This document shows, in pieces, positions 1 to 13,320 of a DNA stretch of 64,000 nt. Both the position numbers and the translations under genes were made by a program. Numbering within the stretch: position 1 is the first letter of the stretch; the number at the start of each line of letters is the position of its first letter. Under the pieces are notes generated by a model. The model ran no database searches. It was not told where the DNA came from and saw only the letters and a list, made by a program, of their open reading frames with translations. The DNA is from Octopus vulgaris (lineage: Eukaryota): contig OX597817.1 in the NCBI GenBank assembly GCA_951406725.2, forward strand, positions 145,948,001-146,012,000, written 5' to 3'.

Positions 1-674
1 TATTAGTTGCATCTTCCCAAAATGTGACTGACTGACACACACACAAACATTCCCTGACCAACAGAGAGACTTCTCACCACTCCCTAACACATGCCAGCAG
101 TCTAGCAAGCTGAAGAACTTACAGACAGCTACAAAGAAAGAGGAACTAATAGAGGAGAGAGAGATCAGGGTAAGGATGGTGAAAAAGATATAGTGTGTTT
201 ATATTCTTTGCTTTCTCTTGCTTAGTTATTTACAAAGGAACTATAACAAACACACATATACATATGCACAAATACATACACGTGCATACATAAACATACA
301 CGCACAAACAAATATACATACATTCATACATATGCATGCATATATTATATACATGCAAACACACAGATTGCTTTTTAATAACATGAAATAGGTACAGACT
401 TCAAGGGTTAAGTGAAAAGTTGATTGAAAACTATCTAGCATTTCAGAGAACATTCTGCTGCTTTCAGTGAATGCATTCCAACTAATTACACAACAGACTG
501 GAGTAAAAAGAAAAAAGATGAGAAAAGAAAAGAAAAAAAAAATGAAAAAAAGGTAAGAAGCTTCAAAGAAACAAGGCAAAAATCTTTAAATAGTACAACA
601 TATTAGATGTATTCTCAGTAAAAGAAGGGGAGGTGGGGGTGGGGATTAGCAATTTTCAATAAGCTTGTACTTAC

Positions 675-718
675 GTTGATAGAATGAATCTGGGAAGTCT
701 TGGATCTTTGTAAAATGA
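675..718 (-). CDS. UBA3: UBA3 coding exon (44 nt): (P)HFTKIQDFPDSFYQ
   Basis: Minus strand reads ...TTTTCCTTAATGATTGCTAC|T CAT TTT ACA AAG ATC CAA GAC TTC CCA GAT TCA TTC TAT CAA C|GTAAGT. It matches the UBA3 segment PHFNKIQDFNDTFYRQ and is in frame with exon 4214-4294 through an AC acceptor. Confidence 0.95.
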
Positions 719-1420
719 GTAGCAATCATTAAGGAAAATATATGCTACCAATGGATTATAATAAACGTTATCAACACATCAGATTATGAAGATAACGTTA
801 TAAAGAAAAAGATATCTGTTTCTCACTATTACAACTGTGTATGTGATACATTATTACATTAAGGCTATCACACAAGGAAAAAGAATTGTTACCAGTTCTA
901 ATAGAGCAGATATATATGCTGATTCTATTGAAATTGGATAAAGTTGCCCCAGGGATGAATTTAATGTAATGCTTTGCATATATTTCTTTGAAATATATTA
1001 ACTATTTTGAGAAACGTTAGTACGCCAGGCGAAATGCGTAGCCGTATTTCGTCTGTCGTTACGTTCCAAGTTCAAATTCCGCCGAGGTCGACTTTGCCTT
1101 TCGTCCTTTCGGGATCAATAAATTAAGTACTGGGATCGATGTAATCGACTTAATCCATTTGTCTGTCCTTGTTTGTCCCCCCCACTGTGTTTAGCCCCTT
1201 GTGGGTAGTAAAGAAATATATTTTGATACCAGCCCACCCAAAACTACTTCTGGTTCTATGATAAAAAAAAATCTGAATTAAAACCTTTCATCAAAGTTTC
1301 ATGTTAACTGTTCCAAACACCAGCTTAATAATGACAAAGAAATTTTTGATAAACTCTTCAGTCTTTTCAAATTTCATTTAAATAAAAGCAGTGTATTTCA
1401 GAAGATAATAAAAGAGTAAA

Positions 1421-1586
1421 GGCATAGGAGTGGCTGTGTGGTAAGTAGCTTGCTTACGGACCACATGGTTCCAGGTTCAATCCCACTGCATGGCACCTTG
1501 GGCAAGTGCCTTCTACTGTAGCCTCAGGCCAACCATAGCCTTGTGAGTGGATTTGGTAGATGGAAACTGAAAGAAGCCCGTCGTGT

Positions 1587-1675
<89 letters not shown>

Positions 1676-1882
1676 GTGTGTGTATATGTTTGTCTCTTCA
1701 ACATCACTTGACAACCGATGCTGGTGTGTTTACGTCCCCATAACTTAGCAGTTCGGCAAAAGAGACCGATAGAATAAGTACTAGGCTTACAAAGAATAAG
1801 TCCTAGGGTCGATTTGCTCGATAAAGGCAGTGCTCCAGCATGGCCACAGTCAAATGACTGAAACAAGTAAAAGAGTAAAGAG
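1421..1882 (+). mobile_element. tRNA-derived SINE family A (internal microsatellite, GTAAAAGA-type tail); representative copy
   Basis: Pol III A-box TGGCTGTGTGG, B-box GGTTCAATCCC, CCTTGGGCAAGTG core, internal (CAT)n(TA)n. Further copies near 9156-9540(+), 26365-26720(-), 31365-31755(-), 33110-33497(-), 33590-33955(+), 35485-35858(-), 36759-37155(+), 54640-54960(-) and 57420-57815(-). Confidence 0.88.
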
Positions 1883-2880
1883 TAATATAAATAAAAAGAA
1901 ATGACCATCAAAATTTTATCTTAATTTATGTTCCTAACCACCAACTCAATAACAAAGTAATTTTACCAAATTCTTCATTATTTTCAAATTTAATTAAAAC
2001 GAAAGTAAAGTATTTCAATGGAAATATGGTAACAAAAGAGTTAAGGTAGGCCAAGAAGCAGTACATGTATAATTGAATACACCTAGACAAACCAGTTATA
2101 ATGCTTATACAGATTTACCTTAATGTATTACTGAAATTATTGAAAACACAATGCACCTTTTAGTGTGTAGCAAGAATATTTGACAGTCCCAAACATGAAC
2201 TCATTGCCAAGGAATTGAACCTGAATCACTGTGTCTGAACATAAAGACAGAAAGAGGATACTGTTAGAGATTGATGACATCAGCAAAGAAGTGACCAATC
2301 AAATCTCTGGTAAAAACACTATATCCAAATGTGAAGACAAGTAAGCAACATGATTACCATTCCTTCAATGATTGATGAAGTCAGCTAAGAACTGCTCATC
2401 ATCATCACCATCATCAATAATTTAATCTTTTGGCACCTTTTCATCACTGACTTCATACCCATTTTTTGTTTGTCACCAGAACAAAATATTTTTATCGTTA
2501 TAATTGGTGACACTGTCAAGAATATTACATGGCCTTTAGTGCAAGTAGAAACAAGCACTTCAGCTTAACTTTTCAACTTCCAAGATTAAAACTCGCAAGT
2601 CACAGCAACCTGAACAATGCTATTGTAAAACGGACACCATTGCAGGGTCAAATAAAGAGAGGAAAACTGAAAAATTACATGGTGTAGAATGTTCATAACC
2701 GACATGAAAGAGATCAATATCATATGACTGGTTAGCAGAAAAAACTGCAACCAATAGAAACCAGTGGTGTCAGCTTACTGCTCAATGTGCTCAAGAGCAC
2801 AAGAGGAGCTGATGCTGATACTAATACCAATAGTGTACTATTTACTTCTCTGCTATATATGCTGACATATAGCTGTGAAA

Positions 2881-3321
2881 GTGGAGGTGCAATGGCCCAG
2901 TGGTTAGGGCAGCAGACTCACGGTTGTGCGATCGCAGTTTCAATTCCCAGACTGTGCATTGTGAGTGTTTATTGAATGAAAACACCCAAAGCTCGACGAG
3001 GCTCTGGCAAGGGGTGGTGGTGAACCCTGCTGTACTCTTTCACCACAACTTTCTCTCACTCTTTCTTCCGCTTTCTGTTGAATCTCCCCAAGAACTACGT
3101 TAAGGGTACACATGTCTGTGGACTACTCTGTCACTTGCACGTTAATAAATGAGCTACGACGTCACAGGTGCCTTTCCTTTGGATAACATTGGTGGCATGA
3201 AGAGGGGAGGTTGGTATGCATGGGCAACTGTTAGTCTTCCATAAACAACCTTGCCCAGACTTGTATCTCAGAGGGTAACTTTCTAGGTGCAATCCCATGG
3301 TCATTCATGACTGAAGGGGGT
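2881..3321 (+). mobile_element. tRNA-headed SINE family D, copy 1
   Basis: Head GGAGGTGCAATGGCCCAGTGGTTAGGGCAGCAGACTC with a degenerate B-box. The first ~190 bp are shared with 34939-35135. Confidence 0.75.
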
Positions 3322-3747
3322 CACAACAACAATAGCTGTGATATTATGAGATGCGCTAAAAATTTTATAGATAGGCAGTTATCTCCCTTGCTGGACAACA
3401 TTAACAGCACATGACAGGAACTGCAGTCTCTCGGATGCATGGGGAGGAGTCTCTGCTGTGAGGTTCCTTGTTCTACAGCAGAACTCAGACACTGATACAT
3501 GATGTTCATTGTGGTATGTCTTCTTCTATGGACAATATTACCCAGATAACAGTCTAATTGGTCACTATTCATTGACGTGAATCTGCTTCTACCCGCCAAG
3601 AAGGCATTCGGATAGCCAACACTAAATTGCAGGTCATCAAAGGGTGCTGAGTACAGTTCCCATGCAACAAACATTGTGGTAACTACCGAATAAGTAATCT
3701 AACCACATGAAACAGGAATCATGCACAAGTTTCCACTCAAAACACCA

Positions 3748-4107
3748 TCTCTATATATACATAAACGGCAAAATGTCTGTCTGTGTGTGTCCTTTATACA
3801 AATCCACAATTTTTCAGTTAGAGGGCTTGCACTTTCTATGGTCATTCAAAACCGTCCAAGGGTGGTCGTGCACATCTTTACATTTCCCCAGTCACTCCGC
3901 AAAGCCATTAAAAAATCAATAGAAGTGACTTTTTTGTGAATTTTCTATCCAAAACCCAATCAAAATGCCAGAAATTTGATACGCCAATTGAATGCCAGCT
4001 AGCTGTATGTGATTGGTCGGACAGTACTCGCGTGTATGTGCGCACGCACGCAGCTGTATATGCATGCACTAGCACTATGACCCGGCATTGCCAGGTCATA
4101 GTGCTAG
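3748..4107 (+). mobile_element. Non-autonomous Helitron (360 bp)
   Basis: 5' TC(TCTATATATAC), 3' CTAG preceded by a long hairpin (4068-4108). Inserted between A and T with no TSD. Same termini as 45393-46762. Confidence 0.85.
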
Positions 4108-4213
4108 TCATATTTATATCAGACTAGAAGAAATCACTAAAAATAGCCATGGTTAAAATTATTACCTAATTAAACACATTGAATAATAACTTTATTTTAG
4201 AAACAAAGGATAT

Positions 4214-4294
4214 GGCTTCACTTTGCAGTTGGGAATTCTGGTGTTGATGAATTCTGCAGCTACTTCTGCTTTGGATTTACCAACATCTTTAGGC
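4214..4294 (-). CDS. UBA3: UBA3 coding exon (81 nt): (R)[26 protein letters not shown](P)
   Basis: Acceptor TTTCAG ends at 4295. Translation matches UBA3 [28 protein letters not shown]. The exon ends at the AT-type U12 donor. Confidence 0.95.
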
Positions 4295-4372
4295 CTGAAA
4301 GAGAAAACATACAAAGTAAGATTTCCAAATATTAGTATCATTGTTTTAATCATGGTCTTAAATTAGCATTAA

Positions 4373-4593
4373 CCCTTTCGTTACCAACCTGGCCAAAACC
4401 AGCTCTGGCTCTGTAGTACGAATGTCTTGTTTTCCTAAATTTTGAATTAAAATCTTCCACCAAACCTTAGTCACAATTTATGTTCCTAATACTTGCTGAA
4501 TGATAACTAAGTTATTTTACTAAATTCTTTGTTATATTTAGAATAATTGAAAGAAACACAGAGCATCTCAAAATAAATACAGTAACGAAAGGG
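4373..4593. mobile_element. piggyBac-type MITE (TTAA target)
   Basis: TTAA|CCCTTTCGTTAC ... GTAACGAAAGGG|TTAA, a perfect 12-bp TIR. Decayed relatives near 1220-1420, 1910-2045, 28270-28410, 50750-50970 and 51610-52165. Confidence 0.85.
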
Positions 4594-5703
4594 TTAAAAA
4601 GTAGTAAATTTTATTTTATCAAATGAAACCAGAATGGAAAAGCAAAAATGGTGAAGGTATCTTCTTTTATCTTTCCCTTGTTTCAGTCATTGGGCTGTGG
4701 TCATGCTGGGACATCACCTTGAAGGGTTTAAGTGAAACAAACTGATCCCAGTACTAACATTTAAATCTAGCACCTACCCTAACAGTCTTTTGCCGAACCA
4801 ACAGGAATGTAAACAAACCAATCCAGTTGTCAAGCAAGGTGGCATGGGACACAAACACAAAGATGCGCACACACACACACACACACTAACACAAAATGGC
4901 CTTCCACAGATTCTACATATCAAATTCCCTAACAAAGTTTTGATCAGCCTGGGGCTACAGGTGAAGACACTTCCCTAAGGTGCTATGCACTGGGACTGAA
5001 CCCCCAACACCACAGTTGCAAAGCAAACATCTTAACCACATAGCCAATAGGATGGGCACCAACCGGGAAAACCATGCTAAAACAGACAGTGAAGCTTGGT
5101 GCAGTCTTCTGGTTTGCCAGCACCTGACAAACCATCTCACCTATGCTAGCAAGGAAGAAGGGTGTTAGATGATGATGATGATGATGATGATTGTTAATTT
5201 AACAAAACTGGAACCAAAATCAATATTGCAGATTACTGCAAAAGAAAAAAACAAACAAACACACAACATGCATCACACACCTAAAGCCTCAGACATCTCT
5301 GCATGCATGCACAAACACACACATGCAAACTGTCAATAATGAAACAAAATATGTCTCTTCATACGTATATACACTTACAGCAGATGAAGACTGATGGTAG
5401 AGTAGGAAGAGTTGTAGACAATCATCTGAGAAGACAGCAATTCACATATACTGTAGCTTAAATTGTATTAGGTCTTAAATAGCTCAGTCCACCTGACTAA
5501 AAATAGGTTCCATAGGATAGGAACAACTCATTGCTGTAACCAACAGCAACATTATAAGACTGACAAATGGCTTGATAGTTTGGAGTGATGAGTTTATCTG
5601 CTGGGGATATAATAACTTGGAGATGGATAGGCTGTCTCTTTATAAACATAAAGAGGTGTGTATGTGTATATATATGCTGATATATGTCTGGCTGTTGACA
5701 GTA

Positions 5704-5738
<35 letters not shown>

Positions 5739-6689
5739 ATACACGCATGCATACATAGATATGTGTGGTTTTAAGAGTGTTTTCTGTTGCAGTATACTCC
5801 AATATTAATCTTGGTTCCCATTTCATCACATTAACAACTGCTTGACAGAAACCATGAGACTGGTAACGCTGATCTATCTGACCCACAGTAATTCATATAT
5901 CAGGTAGTGCTGCCAGATTGATTCACCTAGGATGCGTTACATAAAAGTGGAAGTTTTAACGGTGACTCAACAACCCAATGGGTTAAAAGACTCACCACAT
6001 ACGCACACATATATCAACTTATAAACATCCTTTTTTTAGCTATCAAAAAGGCAGTCAAACTTTATTCCAACAGCCAGCTCACCTTACATGTTATAGAATA
6101 CAAGAAGCACAACCACTACAACTGATCCATCAACCAATAGAAAACACTTTACCCCAAACCTCATATATTCAGAGCTAATTTTTCAGTAAGCATCTCATAA
6201 TAAATAACTGTCTCAATTTACCTTCCCTCTTTTTCTGATTCATTGCTAGGCAATCTTTGAATCTTAAAGGCAGAGCTTAGAAATTCCTTTGCGATTTTAA
6301 ATAAATTTATCACCATTATCATCATCATCATTGTTTTAATGTCCACTTTTCCATATTTGCATGGGTCATATGAAACTTACCGAGGCAGGTTTTCTACAAC
6401 CAGATGCTATTCTTGTCAGCAATCCTCACTCTTTTTCAAGTAATGGTAATATCCACCCTCACTCCCCATGTCCTTCAAACTACAACCAGTATAATGGCTG
6501 TACAAGATTTTGTGGAAGATTACAGACAAATGACATCGTTTGTATGAACAGTGGCTGTTTTCAATGAGTGCAAATGTCAAAACAAGTACATGATCTCCCA
6601 CACACACACACATCATCTTCATAATCTTTTATGTGGGACCATCATTAGTGTTTTTTTTATGGCACCAGCACCAGTGCTTTTTACATGAG

Positions 6690-8265
6690 CAACCACTACA
6701 CTCTCGGAGTGGTTGGCATTAGGAAGGGCATCCAGCTGTAGAAACTACCAGATCAAGATTGGAGCCTGGTGCAGCCATCTGGTTCACCAGCCCTCAGTCA
6801 AAATCGTTCAACCCATGCTAACATGGAAAGCGGATGTTAAACGATGATGATGATGATGATGATGAAGCAACAGTGCTCTTTACAAGACACCTTGGTTGAT
6901 AGACTTCTTTACGGTTTCTGGCTATCAATTCATTCACAAAGCATTCGTCAGCCTGTGACCACAACAGAAAACACCACCTGACAGCACCACAAAGCAGGAA
7001 CAAGGCCTGCATCACTTAATTCTAAATCAAATACCTTTATGCTAATTTTTACACTGGTCACTCTATCAAAGAAAATGCTCCCCATCTCCATCTCTTTCTC
7101 ATACAATGTAGCAATGGATACAAGAGAAAAGTGTGTCCACTGGTCACCTATTCTCTCATGTTCTGGGTCAATAGGTCAAAAATGCCTTATTTTTCTACTG
7201 GCACCTGTGCCGGTGGCACGTGTAAAAAGATTTGAGCGAGGTTGTTGCCAGTACTGCCTGACTGACCCTCGTGCTGGTGGCACGTAAAAGTACCCACTAC
7301 ACTCTCGGAGTGGTTGGCATTAGGAAGGGCATCCGGCTGTAGAAACTCTGCCAGATCAAGATTGGAGCCTGGTGCAGCCATCTGGTTCGCCAGCCCTCAG
7401 TCAAAATCATCCAACCCATGCTAGCATGGAGAGCAGACGTTAAACGATGATGATGATGATTAGACTGTGGCCATGCTGAAGTACCACCTTGAAGAACTTT
7501 AGTCAAACAAATTGACCCTGGTACTTATTTTTTAAGCCTGGTACTTATTCTATTGGTCACTTTTGACAAACTGCTACCTTACGGGGATGTAAACACACCA
7601 ACACTGGGTGTCAAGTAGTGGGGAGGGGACATACACAGGCCGGGCATCGTGTTCTTGAGCTAAGCACTTCATTTCATGTTGCTCTGCGATCACTTCGACA
7701 TCTGACACCTGTGCAGGTAATGTCGATCAGATGGAGAGAACGAGCTTATTTGTACATAAACATTTGATCACTATAAACAAATCATCTGTGTGGTTGTCCG
7801 GTAAGAAATAGTCAACCTCTCATATATCCATCAATATATACACATATATATATATATATTGCCAGGGCCACTGACTAGTTCCTGTGCCAGTGGCATGTAA
7901 AAAGCACCATTCGAGCATGATCGTTGCCAGAGTTGCCTTATGGGCACATGCTGATGCACATGAAAAACAACTTTCGAGCATGATCATTGCCAGTGCCACC
8001 GGACTGGCTCCCATGCAGGTGCACATAAAACACACCTTTTGAGCTTGGCCGTTGCCAGTACTGCCTGACTGGCCCTCTTGCCGGTGGCATGTAAAAGCAC
8101 CCTCTACGCTCTTGGAGCGGTTGGTGTTAGGAAGGGCATCCAGCTGTAGAAACTTTGCCAGATCAAATAGGAGCCTGGTGCAGCCTTCTGGCTCGCCAGT
8201 CCTCAGTCAAACCGTCCAACCCATGCCAGTATGGAAAGCAGATGTTAAATAACGATAATGATGAT
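6690..8265 (+). mobile_element. Cluster of RTE-3'UTR-only copies (about 6690-6865, 7195-7460, 7860-8265)
   Basis: CACTACACTCTCGGAGTGGTTGGCATTAGGAAGGGCATCCAGCTGTAGAAAC ... GTTAAACGATGATGAT, the same as the 3' end of the RTE copies. More copies near 10045-10400(+), 14603-14935(-), 20928-21117(-), 22176-22695(-), 39147-39750(-), 42000-42182(-), 47655-48142(-), 53240-53700(+) and 59565-60050(-). Confidence 0.85.
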
Positions 8266-11200
8266 ATACAACGGGCTTCTTTCAGTTTTTGTCTACCAAA
8301 TCCATTCACAAGGCTTTGGTCAGCCTGAGGCTATAGTAGAAGACACTTGCCAAAGATGAAATATGGTGAGACTGAACCCAGAACCATGTGGTTGGGAAAC
8401 AAACTTCTTACCACTCAGCCACACCTGCACCTATATATGTCAAAAAATTTCACAATTCACACGGTGTGTAGTATATATAGCACATTATATGAAAACCACT
8501 TTCAGGTTTTGGGGCAGATCTCTTAGTGCTAGATACATCTGATTGTAAATGCATCATTGATTAACTATTTATAACGCAAGTGAGAACTATTATGTGGTAA
8601 TTAAACATTAAACAGTATTTCATTAGATTTAATTATCTTCTAGATACTAATTAATTACCTATAAAATAAATTTAACATCTCGTTAGTTCATCAATAACTT
8701 TTACACAATGGGAACAAAATATTTTATTTGGGTAATTAAACTGGTCGGAAATTCTCAAGGAGAAATGCTTTGAATAAGGAAGATGGAATAATAAGTCTGT
8801 CTTTAACACTAAATAACCTTAAACCTGTGGGAAGATTTCATGATGAAAAGAAACAGCATTATATTTATTTAATTTACAAGTATTTTATGGGCATAAATCT
8901 GGTCTTATTTAAGCAGTGTAAGTTATAACTTTAGAAGAGAAAACAAGAAAAACAAGTTTATTTTGGGAGGGGTGGAGAATCCTTTCTATTATACACAGAT
9001 GGCCTGAAATATTGGAAGAAAGGCTGGTTGATTATATTGACACCAATACGCAACTATTACTTATTTTATTGACCCCCAAAAGGGTGAAAGGTAAAGCTGA
9101 CTTTATCAGAATTTGAACTATGAATGTAAAGATGGATAAAATGTCACTAAGCAGAGGCGTAGGAAGGGCTGTGTGGTAAGTAGCTTGCTTACGAACCACA
9201 TAGTTCCGGATTCAGTCCCACTGTGTGGCACCTTGGGCAAGTGTCTTCTTATATAGCCTCGGGCTGACCAAAGCCTTGTGAGTGGATTTGGTAAGCAGAA
9301 ACTGAAAGAAGCCCGTCATATGTGTGTGTGTATGTTTGTGTGTCTGTGTTTGTCCCCGCCAACATCGCTTGACAACCGATGCTGGTGAGTTTATGACTCC
9401 ATAACTTAGCAGTTCGGCAATAGAGACTGATAGAATAAGTATAAGGCTTACAAAGAATAAGTCCTGGAGTCGATTTGCTCGACTAAAGGCGGTGCTCCAG
9501 CATGGCCACAGTTAAATGACTGAAACAAGTAAAAGAGTAAGCATTTTATCTGGCAGCTCACTGCCTTAAAATATTGGTTTCAAATTCTGGCACAAGACCA
9601 GCAATTTCAGGGAAGGCAGTAAGTTGATTCCATTGATCTCAGTGCTTAACTAGTACTTACCTTATTGACCCTGAAAGGATGAAAGGCAAAGTCAGTCACA
9701 GTCGAATTTGAACCCTGAACGAAATGCTGCTAAGTATTCTGTAAAGCATGGTAATGATTCTACCAGCTCACCACCTTACTAATAAAATATTCCCTCCCAA
9801 GAATTCTAATCACTTTATAGGTAAAATTAAATAATAAAAAAAAAGTTAGCAGCAATTAACAGTGTAAGTATTTCAATGCATGTCAATGAGACCCTTGGAA
9901 AACCAGTTGATTTCCAATATGAAGTTTCAAATGTCAGGCTATTTTGGAAATGAATGAATCTTGAAGCAACATCAAAGCAAACTATCTCATTGATTCACAT
10001 ATAATCTGCACAAATATTTTTCTACAGCTAAAACCAATATTGTAGCTGTGGCCAGTGCCCCCTGACTGGCTCCTATGCCAGTGGCACATAAAAAGCACCA
10101 TCCGAACATGGTCGATGCCAGGTCTGTCTGACTGGCTCCTGTGCCACTGGTATGTAAAAAGCACCATCTGAATGTAGCCGATGCCGGTACCCCCGACTGG
10201 CTCATGTGCCAGTGGCATGTAAACAGCACCAGCCGAACATGGCCGATGTCAGGTCTGCCTGGGTGGTTGGTGTTAGGAAGGGCATCCAGCTGTAGAAAAA
10301 TTGCCAGATCAGATTGGAGCCTGCTGCAGCTGCTGACTCTTCAGACCTCAGTCAAACCATCCAACCCATGCCAGCATGGAAAACGGACGATGATGATGAT
10401 GTTGACATTACAACAGGCTCATGTTTGTATACTACACCAGTTATATTGAAGGACCACTTTCAAATTCATGTTTCCATTTCATTTATATGTGAATGTTTTT
10501 GATATATTTTATATAGAGATTACAATAAAATCTCGCCAAGCACTTCTCTGTCTATACATCTTAATACTAAAGTCAGTATTAGACACAAAGAAATGCATAC
10601 AAAGACCTAATGCTGTGCAATTTTTCACTTGTGACAAACGTGTGTACTGAAGGTATGATAAGTATAACGATCAACTATTACACCATGAGGAGTGCAAATT
10701 CTGCTGAGGTTGATTTTGTCTTTCATCCTTTCAGGGTTAATAAATTGAGTACTGGAGGTGGTGGGGGTGGCAGGGGTGGATGTAACCAATTTCCCCATCC
10801 CTTACAATAATTGGCCTTGAACCAAAATAAGAAAGGACTGAATATTCTTTTCTACTCTAGGCACAAGGCCCGAAATTTTGGGGGAGGGGGCTAGTCGATT
10901 AGATCGACCCCAGTATGCAACAGGTACTTAATTTATTGACTCTGAAAGGATGAAAGGTAAAGTCGACCTCAGCGGAATTTGAACTCAGAACATAGCGGCA
11001 GACGAAATACCTATTTCTTTACTACCCACAAGGGGCTAAAAACAGAGAGTACAAACAAGGACAGACAAACAGATTAAGTTGATTATATCGACCCCAGTGC
11101 GTAACTGGTACTTATTTAATCGACCCCGAAAGGATGAAAGGCAAAGTCGACCTCAGCGGAATTTGAACTCAGAACGTAATGGCCGACGAAATACTGCAAA

Positions 11201-11639
11201 GCATTTTGCTCGGTGTGCTAACGTTTCTGCCAGCTCGCTACCTAAAAATGTCTGAATATTACATTATGAAAGGGTGACTCTTACCAACAATATACTCTTA
11301 CCAACAAGGGTAATATGAAATGCATCTCTGAGCAAGGCACCTTGTTTCATGTTGCTCCAGTTAACTCAGCTGAAAATGAGTATCAGACTGGTGCAACCTT
11401 CTCTTCCTCCAGCTGTCACATCTACAATGTTCCACTGAGACGAGTAGTGGTATAGAAACTAGAGGGTGTGTTTGTGACTACACAGGTACTTTAAACAATT
11501 AATAAAAGGCAAGATACATGTTACCATGCTAACCAGGTCATGCTTACTATTTATATTTCAAAAGCAAAAAATCTGTATTGCCATTAGCAATAGCCAGCAT
11601 TATTAAATAAATAAGTAAAAATGAAACCAATGTACTTAC

Positions 11640-11722
11640 CGAAATAAAAACTGTCTATTGAGATTTGATATATCAATAATGTCCATATCTATAATATCAA
11701 TGTTGCCAACACCCAAGAGAGC
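11640..11722 (-). CDS. UBA3: UBA3 coding exon (83 nt): ALLGVGNIDIIDMDIIDISNLNRQFLF(R)
   Basis: CAG|GCT ... TTT CG|GTAAGT. Carries the E1/ThiF adenylation motif DxDxIDxSNLNRQFLF. Confidence 0.96.
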
Positions 11723-12722
11723 CTGTGCAAAGAAGTGATTTAAAGAAATAATATTTATTTAGAAGATAAAAAAAAAATAATTTATAGATTACCAATACAA
11801 GATAATTAATCATAATTAATAACAAAGATAAAAAAAAGTAAAAAAAGGACACTGATTTTCATGAATAAATTGTTTTTGTTGGGGTTTTTTTTTTTTTTTT
11901 TTGGTATATCATAACTGGTGAACAAAAGCATTTTTGATGACAGATTTCCAACAAGTCAATCACTGGTTAACTGCAGTGATAAGAGAGTGTCTCTAACCTG
12001 GTGCAGAACAAGTATAGCAAAGGTCTTCAGTTGAAAAGCAGTAGTTTATCAGTTTTCTTGTCAATGCATTCATCCTTTGTCAGCATATATCAGTTTCAAA
12101 TTCTGGCAAAAGGCCAGCAATTTTGGAGAAGAGATAAATCAATTACATTGACCCCAGTGTCCAACTGGTACTTATTTTATTGACCCAGAAAGGATGAAAA
12201 GCAAAGTCAACCTTGGTGGAATTTGAATATAGAATGCAAAGACAGACAAAATGCTGTTAGGCATTTTGCCCAGCATGCTAATAATTTTGCCAGTATATAT
12301 CAACAAGTCACAGAAACAAACAAACAAACACACACACTAGGCTTCTGCAGTTTCCATGTACCAAATTCCACTAACATAAAACACTTGTCCAAGGTGTCAT
12401 GCATTGAGGATCAATCTCAGAACTTCAAGGTTGTAAAGCAAACTTCCTAAACCACACAACTACACTTGAACTTATTTAAAAACTAAAGTAATTTCTTTTT
12501 CATTCTTTCTTTCTTCCTACATTTTAACAATGATACTCATATGACTGATATATCTCCAGCAAAAACAGGAAAATTCCAAATTTGTAGCTAAATACAGAAA
12601 CAAAAATTACTCTACTGAATAGAGAAATATTTTTTTTAAAAAGATAAACAGATAAGGCATTCTGAAAATGTTTGTACAATTATTTCAAAATTATCTTTCT
12701 GCAATAAGAACTGTACATAATT

Positions 12723-13320
12723 CATCATTTAACATCTGTTTTCCATGCTGGCATGGATTGGACAATTAGACAGGAACTGGTAAGGCCAGGAGCCATATCA
12801 AGCTCCATTGTCTGTTCTTGCGTGGTCCCTACAGCTGTATGCCCTTTCTAATGCCAACCACTCCATAGAGTGTACTGGGTGCTTTTTATGTGGCACTGGG
12901 TGCTTTTTATGTGGCCCTGGGTGCTTTTAATGTGGCCCTGGGTGCTTTTTATGTGGCATTGGGTGCTTTTTATGTGGCACTGGGTGCTTTTTATGTGGCA
13001 CTGGGTGCTTTTTATGTGGCACTGGGTGCTTTTTATGTGGCACTGGGTGCTTTTTATGTGATACTGGGTGCTTTTTATGTGATACTGGGTGCTTTTTATG
13101 TGACACTGGGTGCTTTTTATGTGACACTGGGTGCTTTTTATGTGGCACTGGGTGCTTTTTATGTGACACTGGGTGCTTTTTATGTGGAACTAGGTGCTTT
13201 TTATGTAGTACTGGCGTTTTTTACATGGCACCAGCACTTTTTACATGGAACTAGTATCAGCACTTTTCATATGGAACCAGCACCAATGCTTTTCACATGG
13301 CACCAGCACCAACAGGAGCC
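12723..13320 (-). repeat. RTE-3'UTR-derived element carrying a 21-bp minisatellite (about 16 copies of ACTGGGTGCTTTTTATGTGGC on +)
   Basis: GTGCTTTTT recurs every 21 bp from 12879 to 13194. The left flank is the usual RTE 3'UTR end. Confidence 0.9.

Larger units (their letters stand above)
719..4213 (-). other. UBA3: U12-type (minor spliceosome) AT-AC intron of UBA3, 3495 bp
   Basis: 5' splice site ATATCCTTTG (4213-4204), branch point TTTTCCTTAAT (738-728), terminal AC (720-719). Joining gives CC+T = Pro and keeps the frame. Confidence 0.93.

Noticed and set aside
241-579. 112-aa hydrophobic ORF and the many similar YIYI/CVCV/HTHT ORFs
   Set aside because: They are translations of A-rich and dinucleotide microsatellite DNA.
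3321-3674. 117-aa minus-strand ORF inside the U12 intron
   Set aside because: No intact domain is recognisable. At most it is a decayed LINE fragment.
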